Part shown: piece after piece, positions 1 to 9,722 of the stretch
How positions within the stretch are numbered: position 1 is the first letter of the stretch
Layout of the letters: each line of letters opens with the position of its first letter
NCBI GenBank assembly: GCA_963828465.1
Contig: CAWHEU010000022.1
Span: 448,001 to 512,000, forward strand
Reading direction: 5' to 3'
Source of the DNA: an uncultured Acidobacteriota bacterium
GTDB taxonomy: Bacteria; Actinomycetota; Acidimicrobiia; Spongiisociales; ZC4RG35
DNA length: 64,000 nt
Program-made: the position numbers and the translations under genes
Notes under the pieces: generated by a model
What the model saw: the letters and a program-made list of their open reading frames with translations, nothing else
What the model was told of the DNA's origin: nothing
Databases searched by the model: none

Positions 1-939
1 GATGTCGAAGACCTTGAGCACGGCGATCGCGGTGACGGTGAAAACCGTGATGACCGACCCGCGTATCGAGGGCAGCACTATGCGGAGGAAGGTCTGGAAT
101 TCGCCGGCCCCGTCGATTCGGGCCGCTTCCATGAGCTCTACCGGAACGCCTTTGATCGCGGCGGAGAGGATGACCATGGCGAAGCCGGTCTGGATCCAGA
201 CGAAGGCGACGATGAGAGCCAGGGTGTTGGTGGGGATCTCCTGGAGCCAGGGGACGGGTTCCCCGCCAAAGGAGGTGACGATGGCGTTGAGGATCCCGAT
301 CTGTGGCTGGCCCTCGGGGCGCCACTCGTAGATGAAGCGCCAGATGACGGCGACCCCGGCTCCCGAGATGCAGAGCGGGATGAAGATGAAGGACTTGGCA
401 AGGGACTCGCGTTTGACCCGATCGACCAGACCGGCGAAGGCAAGACCGATCAGGAGTGCTCCCGCCGGAGCCAGGATGAGCCAGATCGCGTTGTTGCGCA
501 ATGCGATCTGAAGGGCTGGATCGGTGAAGGCCTGACCGTAGTTGTAGAAAGGCCCCTCGCCTTCGGGGACCTCGGTGAAGCTTTGGATGATCGTCCCCAC
601 CGCAGGCGCCAATAGGAAGATGGAGAGCACCACGATCGCCGGCCCGACGAATACGTAGGGGCGGATGATGGTCGTGGCGCGGGCGGGCAGTAGCTCCACC
701 AGGGAGTTGGCCACGACGAACAGCGCCCAAATTCCGACCACGCCGAGCACGATGCCGATCAGGGCCTGTACCAGCTTGCCGCCAAAGGGTCCCAGGGCGT
801 CGAGGGCGGTCTCGGACCGAAGGACCCTCAACCCGAGCCAGATGAGAACGATTACGCCAACCGCGACCGTGAGGTCGCGAACGATCGACAACGGTGGTCG
901 GCGGTTCGTGTCTAACTGGGCTTCAACAGCCTCGGGCAA
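1..939 (-). CDS. Carbohydrate ABC transporter permease (3' end runs off the window)
   Basis: Manual minus-strand translation: TTG start at 939 after GAGGAG; hydrophobic segments; EAA-type loop (ELMEAARIDGA); directly downstream of the sugar-binding protein gene. Confidence 0.85.
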   Translation of the reverse strand, partial: MPEAVEAQLDTNRRPPLSIVRDLTVAVGVIVLIWLGLRVLRSETALDALGPFGGKLVQALIGIVLGVVGIWALFVVANSLVELLPARATTIIRPYVFVGPAIVVLSIFLLAPAVGTIIQSFTEVPEGEGPFYNYGQAFTDPALQIALRNNAIWLILAPAGALLIGLAFAGLVDRVKRESLAKSFIFIPLCISGAGVAVIWRFIYEWRPEGQPQIGILNAIVTSFGGEPVPWLQEIPTNTLALIVAFVWIQTGFAMVILSAAIKGVPVELMEAARIDGAGEFQTFLRIVLPSIRGSVITVFTVTAIAVLKVFDI

Positions 940-978
940 TCGAACTCCTCAAACGCCGGACACAAACCTAACAAAAGA

Positions 979-1008
979 GAGGTCCCCGGCGTCGCCGCCG
1001 GGGACCTC
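979..1008 (-). terminator. GC-rich hairpin with U-tract after the solute-binding protein gene (terminator or mRNA stabiliser)
   Basis: gaggtccccggcg / cgccggggacctc inverted repeat, followed on the minus strand by tcttttgtt. Confidence 0.7.
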
Positions 1009-1022
1009 GACTCACTGATGGC

Positions 1023-2486
1023 TCAGCCCGCGGGCCAGCTGTCCTCGATTCCTTGGAATACCTCCTCGGTGCCTTCGCCATTGGCGGCCACCCAGTTGAC
1101 CATCCCGGTCCAGAACGAACCGGCGCCGACCTCCGCCGGCATCAGGTCACTTGCGTCGAAGCCAAAGGCGTCAGCCCCATTCAGGATCGGCACCAACTCC
1201 GTGTTGGGGTACGTGGTGTACCAATCTTGTGGGACCGTCGTATTGGGGCTGATAAAGCCACCAATTTCGATCCAGGCTTGCGCTCCTTGCGGTGTGGCCA
1301 GGTACTCGAGCAACGCCCGAACCTCCGGCCGGTCACCGTCTGTGAACATGGAGAACATGTCGCCTGCTCCCAGAACCGGGTTGCCCACTGCCGGATCGAT
1401 GCCCGGCAGGTAGAAGAACGAACTCGCCTCCCCGGGCGGATTTGCCCAGGCTTCGCGGTCGGGCACGTCACGGTTCCCGGGCCAGAACTCGGGGATCCAG
1501 GACGCCTGCTTCTGGAACCAGCACTGTGGTCCGGCAGCATCGAACATCGGATTCGCCACGTCACGGATGTTGGTGGCGTTGATGGCCGTATTGCCTCCGA
1601 ACACATAGTCAGGGGCGAACCAGATCGCCGACATCTGCTCCGCGGCCGCCAACACCTCTGGGGAGTTGAACGGAACCTCGTGCTTCCACCACTGGTTGTA
1701 GAAGTCGACCCCGGCGGTTCGCAGGACGATGTCCTCGAGCCAGTCGGTCGCGACCCAACCGTCGGCGGCCTCAGACTCGATCCCGATGCACCATGGGTTG
1801 CCATTGCCATCGGCGATGATCTGATCGCTGAGAGCGGTCATCTCGTCCCAGGTGGTCGGAATCGTGTACCCGGCCTCTTCGAATGGTGCCACCGGGTACC
1901 ACACGATCGACTTGACGTCGGTCTTGTAGTAGACGCCGTAGACGCCACCGTCGACCTCGGTCAGCTCGACGAAACCGGCGACCTGCTCTTCTCGGAGCTT
2001 GTCGACGTTGAACCAGCTGCTGATGTCGACCAGTTGGCCGTCCGCCTGGTACGAAGCCATCTTGCCCGGCTGGGCGATCTGGGCCAGGTCAGGAGCGTCG
2101 TTGCCATCGACCCTCGTCTGCAAAGCCAGCTCATAGTCGGGGAGACCCTCGTACTGGACGTCGATCCCGGTGGCTTCACGGAAGGGGTCGAGAGCCGCGT
2201 TGAAGTTCTCCTCTTCGCCTTCCACCCACTGAGCCACGATCTCAACCGTGGTGCCCTCGAACTCCCCGGCCATGGCTTGGTCGAGAGTGTCATAGCCAGT
2301 CGACTCGGCCGGCGCACCGGCTGTCGTCGTGGCGCCCCCCTCAGCGGCCGTCGTCGTGGCACCCGCTGCGGTGGTGGCTGTCTCGCTAGCAGTCGTGGTG
2401 GCTTCCTCACCGTCGCCGCCTCCACAGGCGGCGATCACGAACGCCATCACCACTGCCAGCACCAGCCAGTTCCGGTATTTCTTCAT
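1023..2486 (-). CDS. Sugar ABC transporter substrate-binding lipoprotein (alpha-glucoside AglE-like)
   Basis: Start MKKYRNW after AGGAGG; lipobox IAAC; Thr/Ala linker; motifs WCIGIES, GWVATDWLED, FDASDLMP. Confidence 0.88.
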   Translation of the reverse strand: MKKYRNWLVLAVVMAFVIAACGGGDGEEATTTASETATTAAGATTTAAEGGATTTAGAPAESTGYDTLDQAMAGEFEGTTVEIVAQWVEGEEENFNAALDPFREATGIDVQYEGLPDYELALQTRVDGNDAPDLAQIAQPGKMASYQADGQLVDISSWFNVDKLREEQVAGFVELTEVDGGVYGVYYKTDVKSIVWYPVAPFEEAGYTIPTTWDEMTALSDQIIADGNGNPWCIGIESEAADGWVATDWLEDIVLRTAGVDFYNQWWKHEVPFNSPEVLAAAEQMSAIWFAPDYVFGGNTAINATNIRDVANPMFDAAGPQCWFQKQASWIPEFWPGNRDVPDREAWANPPGEASSFFYLPGIDPAVGNPVLGAGDMFSMFTDGDRPEVRALLEYLATPQGAQAWIEIGGFISPNTTVPQDWYTTYPNTELVPILNGADAFGFDASDLMPAEVGAGSFWTGMVNWVAANGEGTEEVFQGIEDSWPAG

Positions 2487-2508
2487 ACCGTTCCTCCTTG
2501 TTGGTTGC

Positions 2509-3465
2509 TCATGTTGTCTGCTTGCTTTCTGCGGGTGACTCCCGCGTTTGAAGAAGATGATTGGCAGCCAGGACGGCTGCGCCCCGGGGCCCAGGCGGGT
2601 CATCGACCCTAGCCAGAACGACTTGCTCAGGTCGCAGCCTCCGGGAGGCGAGCTCGGATGCCACGCCGCGGCGGCCAACCTGTTCGCGCACCGCCTCGAG
2701 GAAGGGGTCGCCTGCCCCCGACACGCCCCCGGCCAGGACGATCACCTCGGTGTCGTAGGTCGCTGCAAGCCAGATGAGGGCGGTGGTGAGATGGCCCGCA
2801 ATTCGACCGGCCACCTTCTCGGCGGCGGCGTCACCGTTCGAGGCCGCTCCGAACAGGGCAGTGGCCGCGGTCCCGTTCACTCCTTTGGGCCATGCCCTCG
2901 ATATCGCGGGCCCGGCCGCCACCGCCTCGAGACAACCCCGTTGGCCACATCGGCACATGACGCCCGACCCGTCGACGACGACATGCCCGATCTCGCCAGC
3001 CATACCTCGTGCCCCGCGTAACAATGCACCCTTCACTACGACTCCGGCACCGATTCCGGTTCCGATGCTGACCAGGGCGAGGCTCTCAGGGCTCTGGCCA
3101 TCGAGGCGAAGACTCTCGTACGCCCCCACCGCTGCCGCATGCACATCGTTCTCGACAGTCACCGGGACGCCGAGCGCCGCCTCGATCTCGTTTGCCAGGC
3201 CATACGATTCCGCGCCTACGCCGAGGTTCACTGCCATGGCCACTTGACCCGTCACCGGATCGACTTGGCCTGGCACTCCCACCCCAATCGCCGCGCAATC
3301 GTCGACCTCGAGTGCGGAGAATGCGGCGACCGCTGAGGAGACCATCTGTCGGCCACCCTCGACACCTGTATTGATCTGATGACGGCCCAAGACTTGCCCT
3401 TCGGGGCCGATTGCGACGGCTGATGTGGAAGAGCCGCCGATGTCGATGCCGACCGTCGTCGTCAT
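2509..3465 (-). CDS. ROK family sugar kinase
   Basis: MTTTVGIDIGGS phosphate motif, GTGIGAG, GEIGH, CRCGQRGCLE zinc motif; no HTH. Confidence 0.88.
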   Translation of the reverse strand: MTTTVGIDIGGSSTSAVAIGPEGQVLGRHQINTGVEGGRQMVSSAVAAFSALEVDDCAAIGVGVPGQVDPVTGQVAMAVNLGVGAESYGLANEIEAALGVPVTVENDVHAAAVGAYESLRLDGQSPESLALVSIGTGIGAGVVVKGALLRGARGMAGEIGHVVVDGSGVMCRCGQRGCLEAVAAGPAISRAWPKGVNGTAATALFGAASNGDAAAEKVAGRIAGHLTTALIWLAATYDTEVIVLAGGVSGAGDPFLEAVREQVGRRGVASELASRRLRPEQVVLARVDDPPGPRGAAVLAANHLLQTRESPAESKQTT

Positions 3466-4640
3466 CGCAAAACCACACCGAGTCGGTCGACCAGGACGCC
3501 AGAGGCTGCGCCGGCCAGGACGAGGTCCGCTCCCATCTGGGTGGCCTCGATCTCGATCAGATCCGCTGTGGCGGGGAGGATGCGGCTGCGCATCTCGTTG
3601 CGAATCTCCTCGATGAGTACGTCGCTTGCGTTCAGCAGTTCCGGCGCCAGCACCACATGGCCGATGTCGAGGGTCGCGACGACGTTGGCCAGGACCATCC
3701 CGATATGGCGGCCCGCCTCGGAAAGCGCCCGGCGGACTGGCTCGTCGCCGACGAGGCCGGCGAGGGCAAGTGCGTCCCATGGATGCCGCTCCGGGTCGGC
3801 ACCAAGGCGACGCAGGATGGCCGGCACGCTGGCGACGGTCTCGAGACACCCGGAGTTCCCACAGCGACAGGTGTCACCATCGTCCTTCACTCTGACGTGG
3901 CCGATCTCACCTGCGGCCGAATGCTCTCCGCGGTGGAGGGCTCCATTGAGGACGACCCCGGCTCCCACTCCACGGCCGAGCTTGACCAGGATGAGATTGC
4001 GGTCAGTGGGGCGGCGGCGGAACTCGAACAGAGCCGCCATCGCGGCATCGTTGGCGATCGAGACGGGGATGTCGAACCGACGCCGCAATTCGGTGCCCAG
4101 ATCGAATCCATGCCAGTCGAGGTTCGTGGCCTCGAGGACTGTCCCTTCGGGGTTGATCACACCGGGAGCACCGACTCCAATCCCGAGAACAGGGGCTGTG
4201 GACTTCGCGATGAGTGTCTCGATCAGATCGACTGTGACCTCATGTGCCTTCTCACCGACCGGAGCCATGTCTGCCTGATCTGCGTCGACACGCTCGTGGA
4301 TCCGCCCGCTCAAATCCACCAAGGCTCCCCGGAACGGTCGGTGCCCGAGATCTATTGCGACGATGTCGCGGCCCCTCTCATTGAGAGCGAGGAGCGTGGG
4401 TGGCTTGCCCCCTGCAGAGGTCCCTTGGCCCAATTCGCGGAGCAGACCGTTGTCGATCAATTCGCTGACCAGACTCGAGACCGCCGCACGGGATAGACCG
4501 GTCTGCCGTGCGATCTCGGCTCTACTGGTGGCACCCTGGTCGGAGACCAGTTCGAGAGTTGTGCGGAGGTTGCTGCGACGTGAATCGTGACGGGTCGCCT
4601 TGGCATGACGCCGGTCGCTCTGATTGTTGTCGACAGCCAA
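3462..4640 (-). CDS. ROK family transcriptional repressor (NagC/XylR-like)
   Basis: N-terminal HTH (SRAEIARQTGLSRAAVSSLV) plus ROK domain (GEIGH, CRCGNSGCLE); probable TTG start after GAGGAAAGGG. Confidence 0.88.
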   Translation of the reverse strand: MAVDNNQSDRRHAKATRHDSRRSNLRTTLELVSDQGATSRAEIARQTGLSRAAVSSLVSELIDNGLLRELGQGTSAGGKPPTLLALNERGRDIVAIDLGHRPFRGALVDLSGRIHERVDADQADMAPVGEKAHEVTVDLIETLIAKSTAPVLGIGVGAPGVINPEGTVLEATNLDWHGFDLGTELRRRFDIPVSIANDAAMAALFEFRRRPTDRNLILVKLGRGVGAGVVLNGALHRGEHSAAGEIGHVRVKDDGDTCRCGNSGCLETVASVPAILRRLGADPERHPWDALALAGLVGDEPVRRALSEAGRHIGMVLANVVATLDIGHVVLAPELLNASDVLIEEIRNEMRSRILPATADLIEIEATQMGADLVLAGAASGVLVDRLGVVLR

Positions 4641-4658
4641 CCCTTTCCTCCTCCAAAG

Positions 4659-4681
4659 AAAGTTAAGTAAACTTACAAAGT
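4659..4681. promoter_or_regulatory. Putative ROK repressor operator
   Basis: AT-rich imperfect palindrome aaagtTAAGtaaaCTTAcaaagt in the divergent intergenic region of a GC-rich genome. Confidence 0.55.
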
Positions 4682-4743
4682 CTGGAGGTCCGCTGTCAAA
4701 CGGCAATCGACCGCCACGACGCGGCAGACCACAATGTTTCCGG

Positions 4744-5946
4744 ATGGGCACCCCACATCTCCTGATCCGGCCCGGCAACCCTGAGTTCCTCGATCTCCCC
4801 TGGGACCAGCCGGTCAACGACTGGGTGCATGAGCGTCTGGTCGAGATGCCGACCGGGATCCATCGCCATCCGGTGGTCTTCGTCGCCTACGACGAAGGCG
4901 TGTTCGTGATCAAGGAACTGCCCAGAAGGCTGGCCAACAGTGAATACCAGGTGTTCCGTGCCCTCGAGGAACGAACGACGAGGTCGGCCGAGGTGGTGGG
5001 TCTGGTCGAGCGGGTATGGCTCGACCCTCATGACGAGCAGTCGGCTGCAGTGATCACGCGATATGTCGAGCACACCTTTCCCTACCGACATCTGGTTAGT
5101 GGATCGGGCTTTGGCCCGAGACGGGACCAGATGCTCGACGCCGTAGCCGGCCTCCTGGTCGAGCTCCATGTCTCGGGGTGCTTCTGGGGGGATTGCTCGC
5201 TGTCGAACCTGCTCTACCGATACGACGCCGAGGCCATCGAGTCGATCATGATCGATGCCGAGACCTCCCGCCTCTACGACCGGCTTTCGGATGGGCAGAG
5301 GTCCGAAGACCTGGAGATCATGAAGCTGAACCTCGCCGGTGAGATGGCCGACATCGCCGCCATGACCGGGTTGGACATCGACCGGGCCGACTTCACGCTC
5401 GGAGAGGATGTGGAGACGCGATATCGGTCTCTATGGCACGAACTGACCGAAGAGCTAGTGATCACGCGTGACGAGAGCTATCGGATTCGAGAACGGATCG
5501 GCCGTCTCAATCAACTCGGGTTCTCGGTCAACGATGTCGACCTCACGCCGACCGATGAGGGAAGTCTTGTCAGGATGAAGGTCGAGGTTGGCGGCCGCAC
5601 CTTTCATTCGGAGCGCTTGCGGCAGCAGACGGGCATCGACGCTTCTGAAAACCAGGCCCGGGTCATCCTCAGTGACTTGAACTATTACCTGGCCAAGCAC
5701 GGCTCGGTCTCGGCGTCGGGAAAGAGCGTGGGCACTTTCAAATGGCTGACCACGTCATTCGAGCCGATGGTCATCCGGATTTCGGAGCTGCGAAAAGGCA
5801 ACCCGGTTCAGGGATACTGCGACCTCCTGCACCATCGATTCCGCCTGGCGCAGCGCCGGGAACAGGACGTCCCCAATGAGGAGGCCCTCGAGGATTGGGT
5901 CGCCTCGGGCATGCCAGGTTTCGATCTGGCCGAATTGCCGGTCTGA
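4744..5946 (+). CDS. DUF4032 domain protein with kinase-like fold
   Basis: GIHRHPVVF, IKELP, LH..GCFWGDCSLSNLL and IDAETS motifs; adjacent to the MsiK-type ATPase gene. Confidence 0.8.
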   Translation: MGTPHLLIRPGNPEFLDLPWDQPVNDWVHERLVEMPTGIHRHPVVFVAYDEGVFVIKELPRRLANSEYQVFRALEERTTRSAEVVGLVERVWLDPHDEQSAAVITRYVEHTFPYRHLVSGSGFGPRRDQMLDAVAGLLVELHVSGCFWGDCSLSNLLYRYDAEAIESIMIDAETSRLYDRLSDGQRSEDLEIMKLNLAGEMADIAAMTGLDIDRADFTLGEDVETRYRSLWHELTEELVITRDESYRIRERIGRLNQLGFSVNDVDLTPTDEGSLVRMKVEVGGRTFHSERLRQQTGIDASENQARVILSDLNYYLAKHGSVSASGKSVGTFKWLTTSFEPMVIRISELRKGNPVQGYCDLLHHRFRLAQRREQDVPNEEALEDWVASGMPGFDLAELPV

Positions 5947-6015
5947 CATCTCCCCAGCGCCGGCAAATTCCGCTAGGTTCACGGCGGCGGCCACGCGAGA
6001 TGAGGGAGTTCAGAC

Positions 6016-7245
6016 ATGGCTCGGATCACGATGGAGGATCTCGGGAAGATCTACGAGGACGGCACCAGGGCGGTAGGAGACCTCCACCTCGAGATCGAGG
6101 ATGGCGAGTTCCTCGTGCTGGTGGGCCCCTCGGGGTGCGGCAAGTCGACGGTCTTGAGGATGATCGCGGGTCTCGAGGACATCACCGAGGGCACGATGAT
6201 GATCGGCGACAAGGTGGTCAACGACGTCGCTCCCAAGGATCGCGACATCGCCATGGTCTTCCAGAACTATGCCCTCTACCCCCATATGTCGGTCTACGAC
6301 AACATGGCCTTCGGTCTCAAGCTGAGGAAGTTCTCCAAGGACGAGATCCAACGCCGGGTCCATGAGGCGGCCGACATCCTCGAGATCAAGGAATACCTCC
6401 AGCGCAAGCCAAAGGCATTGTCAGGTGGCCAGAGGCAGCGCGTTGCGATGGGTCGGGCCATCGTGCGCGAGCCAGCCGCTTTCCTCATGGACGAGCCGCT
6501 GTCCAACCTCGATGCCAAGCTGAGAGTGCAGATGCGGGCCGAGTTGGAGCGTCTCCACAGCCGTCTCGAGACGACCACCGTGTATGTCACCCACGACCAG
6601 GTCGAGGCGATGACCCTCGGTGATCGTGTCGCAGTGCTCCGGCCCGTGTCATCCGCCAGGCCATGGAACCTGCAGCAGGTCGGCCGCCCCACGGACCTCT
6701 TCGACCACCCCAACAATCTCTTCGTCGCGGGATTCATCGGCAGCCCGGCCATGAACCTCAGCTACGGGACCCTGGAGAACCGCGGCGATGCGGTCTGGGT
6801 GAAGCTTCCCAATGCCGACTTGAAGGTCGACCAGCGCGCTCTCGAATCCCATCCCGGAATCGAGAACAGGATGGGCGAGGAGCTGGTCGTCGGGGTACGG
6901 CCCAATTCTCTCGAGGCCGCCGCGGTCAAGGGCCCTGACCCGGACCGGACACTGAAGGCGAAGGTGGAGGTGACCGAGATGCTCGGCGCCGAGACTTATG
7001 TCCACTTCACGGTGAATCGGCCTCCGGTGGTCACGCCCGATATCGAGGAACTGCTGGCCGACACCGGACAGGAAGTGTCCTCACTCGGCGACACGACGAA
7101 CTTCATCGCAAGAGTGAGCCCGGATGCCCGGGTCTCCCGCGGTGATGAGATCGACCTGATCGTCGACTGCGCCAAACTCCATTTCTTCGACCCGAAGAGC
7201 GGGCTCAGGGTCGGATCGGAGCAGAAGGTGGGCGCCAGCGTCTGA
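6016..7245 (+). CDS. Sugar ABC transporter ATP-binding protein (MsiK/MalK/UgpC family)
   Basis: Walker A GPSGCGKS, VFQNYALYPHM, LSGGQRQR, DEPLSNLDAKLR. Confidence 0.93.
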   Translation: MARITMEDLGKIYEDGTRAVGDLHLEIEDGEFLVLVGPSGCGKSTVLRMIAGLEDITEGTMMIGDKVVNDVAPKDRDIAMVFQNYALYPHMSVYDNMAFGLKLRKFSKDEIQRRVHEAADILEIKEYLQRKPKALSGGQRQRVAMGRAIVREPAAFLMDEPLSNLDAKLRVQMRAELERLHSRLETTTVYVTHDQVEAMTLGDRVAVLRPVSSARPWNLQQVGRPTDLFDHPNNLFVAGFIGSPAMNLSYGTLENRGDAVWVKLPNADLKVDQRALESHPGIENRMGEELVVGVRPNSLEAAAVKGPDPDRTLKAKVEVTEMLGAETYVHFTVNRPPVVTPDIEELLADTGQEVSSLGDTTNFIARVSPDARVSRGDEIDLIVDCAKLHFFDPKSGLRVGSEQKVGASV

Positions 7246-7264
7246 CCGGCAGACTTCCCGGGGT

Positions 7265-8629
7265 CTGAGCGACAACACGGAATCGGACGCGAGCTTTCCC
7301 GACGATTTCGCCTGGGGTGTCGGCACCTCCGCGTATCAGATCGAGGGCGGCCGGCACGAGCAGGGCAAGGGCGACTCGATATGGGATCGCTTCTCCGACC
7401 TGGGGCGTCTCCGTGATCCCGGTGACATCGCCTGCGACCATTTCCATCGCATGGGCGAGGATCTCGACCTCCTCGCCAACCTCGGTGTCTCTGCTTACCG
7501 TTTCTCGATCTCGTGGCCGCGGGTCATCCCCGACGGCGATGGAAGGGTGAATCAGGCGGGTCTCGATTTCTATCGGCGTCTCGTCGCCGGGTTGTGGGCT
7601 CGTGGGATAACGCCCTACGTGACTTTGTATCACTGGGACCTGCCGCAAGCACTGCAGGACAAGGGTGGATGGGCCAAGCGGAGCACCGTCGACGCTTTCG
7701 CTCGTTATGCCTGTGTGGTGGCCGGAGCGCTGGGGGAGCACGCCACCCACTGGATCACTCAGAACGAACCGTGGGTGACGACCATGATGGGTCACCGGGA
7801 TGGGGTCTTCGCTCCCGGCATCTCCGACTGGCCAACTGCGGTCACCGTCGGCCACCACCTCCTGTTGTCGCACGGGCATGCGGTGGAGGAAATTCGTGGT
7901 GTGGTGACGGACGCCAAGGTTGGGATCGGAATAGATTGCCGCCCGGCCGAGCCCGCCTCCGATTCGGAAGAGGACCGAGCAGCGACCCGCTACTACGACG
8001 GTTCTCGCAATCGTTGGTTCTTCGACCCGGTGTTCGGGCGCGGGTACCCCGACGACGTGATGAGGGTGTACGTGGATCGTGGCCGAATCGGTCCTGGAGT
8101 CATCGCAAAAGGCGACATGGAGACGATCGCCATCCCGATCGACTTCCTCGGGCTCAATTACTACACGACGGTCACCATCGCAGCCGGTGACGACGAGCCC
8201 GCCGAGTTGGGCCTGCCGCCTGGCCCCGATCCACGACCGGGTCACACCGACATGGGATGGAAGGTCGACCCCGACGGTCTGAACCGCTACCTCCGATATC
8301 TGAACGAGACATACGCACCATCTTCGATCCTCGTCACCGAGAACGGCGCCAGCTACTCCGACGGGCCGGATGCGATCGGGGTGATCGACGACCGCCGACG
8401 AATCGACTACCTGAGATCGCACGTAGGGGCCATAGCCGAGGCCCGAGCCGAACAGGTCCCGGTCGATGGCTACTTCGTTTGGAGCTTCATGGACAACCTG
8501 GAATGGGTCGAGGGCTTCTCACAGAAGTTCGGTCTGGTGTGGGTGGATCGCAAAACGCTCGATCGTTCGCCCAAACGGAGCTTCGACTGGTATCGCGAGC
8601 TGGTCACCACGGGTACGTTGACGGGCTGA
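7265..8629 (+). CDS. GH1 beta-glucosidase
   Basis: FAWGVGTSAYQIEG lies in frame upstream of the listed ATG 7451; TQNEP acid/base and VTENG nucleophile motifs; start uncertain (CTG 7265). Confidence 0.9.
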   Translation: MSDNTESDASFPDDFAWGVGTSAYQIEGGRHEQGKGDSIWDRFSDLGRLRDPGDIACDHFHRMGEDLDLLANLGVSAYRFSISWPRVIPDGDGRVNQAGLDFYRRLVAGLWARGITPYVTLYHWDLPQALQDKGGWAKRSTVDAFARYACVVAGALGEHATHWITQNEPWVTTMMGHRDGVFAPGISDWPTAVTVGHHLLLSHGHAVEEIRGVVTDAKVGIGIDCRPAEPASDSEEDRAATRYYDGSRNRWFFDPVFGRGYPDDVMRVYVDRGRIGPGVIAKGDMETIAIPIDFLGLNYYTTVTIAAGDDEPAELGLPPGPDPRPGHTDMGWKVDPDGLNRYLRYLNETYAPSSILVTENGASYSDGPDAIGVIDDRRRIDYLRSHVGAIAEARAEQVPVDGYFVWSFMDNLEWVEGFSQKFGLVWVDRKTLDRSPKRSFDWYRELVTTGTLTG

Positions 8630-9369
8630 TGACGAGGACAATGACCTGTGACTGTGAGGCGGTGATCTCCGCCGAGGACACCGAGTCGCTGATCGGCCCG
8701 GTGAAGGCCCATTTCGACGAGGCACATCCCGAGTTCGAAGACACGCTTGCCGCTATCCGAAACTACCTCGAGTCCGAGGATCGCTCCATCGGTCCCACTG
8801 AGCGGCTGGCGACGATTGGCGAGGTGGAGATCCTCCCGATGGGACCAGATTCGGCGACGGATGCGATCGAGTTCTTCGACACAGATGCGTTCCCCGACAA
8901 TCCGTGGTGGGGTGCCTGTTATTGCATGTTCTACCCGCGGGGCGGAAGGACCAATGAGAACTGGGGCCAGGAGCCGTGGCAGGAGAATCGGGACGATCAA
9001 CTGGACCGGATCGAGACCGGGAAGACGACGGGAATGCTGGCCTACTCCGGAGACAAGGTGGTCGGGTGGTGCAACGCGACTCCACGGGCGGAGCTCCCCG
9101 GCCTCGCCACTGGTCGTGACGTCGGGATCCTCTCCATCCTTTGCTTCGTCATCGCCCCTCCGTACCGAGGGCAAGGGGTCGCCACCCGCCTGCTAGACGG
9201 AGTGGTGAGCCACTTCACCGACGTTGGATTCCGTCGGCTCGAGGCGTACCCGGTCAGGGAGGCAAAGGACGAAGCAAGGGCGTTCCACGGGACACTCGAT
9301 TTGTTCTCACGTTTCGGCTTCGACGTGATTTCCGAGGAGCCGTTGGTCGTCGGACGGGACCTGGGATGA
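8629..9369 (+). CDS. GNAT N-acetyltransferase with N-terminal DUF1059-like small domain
   Basis: TGATG coupling; N-terminal CDC...H...H; CYC motif, YRGQGVA acetyl-CoA motif, EAYP. Confidence 0.75.
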   Translation: MTRTMTCDCEAVISAEDTESLIGPVKAHFDEAHPEFEDTLAAIRNYLESEDRSIGPTERLATIGEVEILPMGPDSATDAIEFFDTDAFPDNPWWGACYCMFYPRGGRTNENWGQEPWQENRDDQLDRIETGKTTGMLAYSGDKVVGWCNATPRAELPGLATGRDVGILSILCFVIAPPYRGQGVATRLLDGVVSHFTDVGFRRLEAYPVREAKDEARAFHGTLDLFSRFGFDVISEEPLVVGRDLG

Positions 9370-9722
9370 GCGAGCGGCTCGACGATTGGATGGAGGCCTA
9401 CATCGAGGCCTGGACCACCAACGACGACCACGACATCATGGCCCTGTTCACCCCGGAGGCGGTCTACGACCCTCAGACGGCGCACGGCGAGCAGCACGGC
9501 CACGGCGAGATAGTCGAATGGTGGCAGGACGTCGGCGATGACCCCGACGACTGGGATTTCGAATGGCTGCCTCTCGTGGAGACCGATGACATGGCGGTGA
9601 TCACCGCCACCACTCGCTATCTGGACCCCCCGGCCAGCTATAGAAACCTTTTCGTGATCAGATTCGACGAAGACGGGCGGTGCACCGACTTCACCGAGTG
9701 GTATATCGAAGAAGAGGCATGA
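9366..9722 (+). CDS. NTF2/SnoaL-like family protein
   Basis: YIEAWTTND..I.ALFTPEAVY and YRNLFVIRFDEDGRCTDFTEW patterns; ATGA overlap. Confidence 0.8.
   Translation: MSERLDDWMEAYIEAWTTNDDHDIMALFTPEAVYDPQTAHGEQHGHGEIVEWWQDVGDDPDDWDFEWLPLVETDDMAVITATTRYLDPPASYRNLFVIRFDEDGRCTDFTEWYIEEEA

Noticed and set aside
1053-2612. Long antisense or alternative-frame ORFs (also 7205-8422, 15148-16368, 24351-25721, 55151-56323, 57258-58490)
   Set aside because: Shadow ORFs expected opposite real genes in high-GC DNA.
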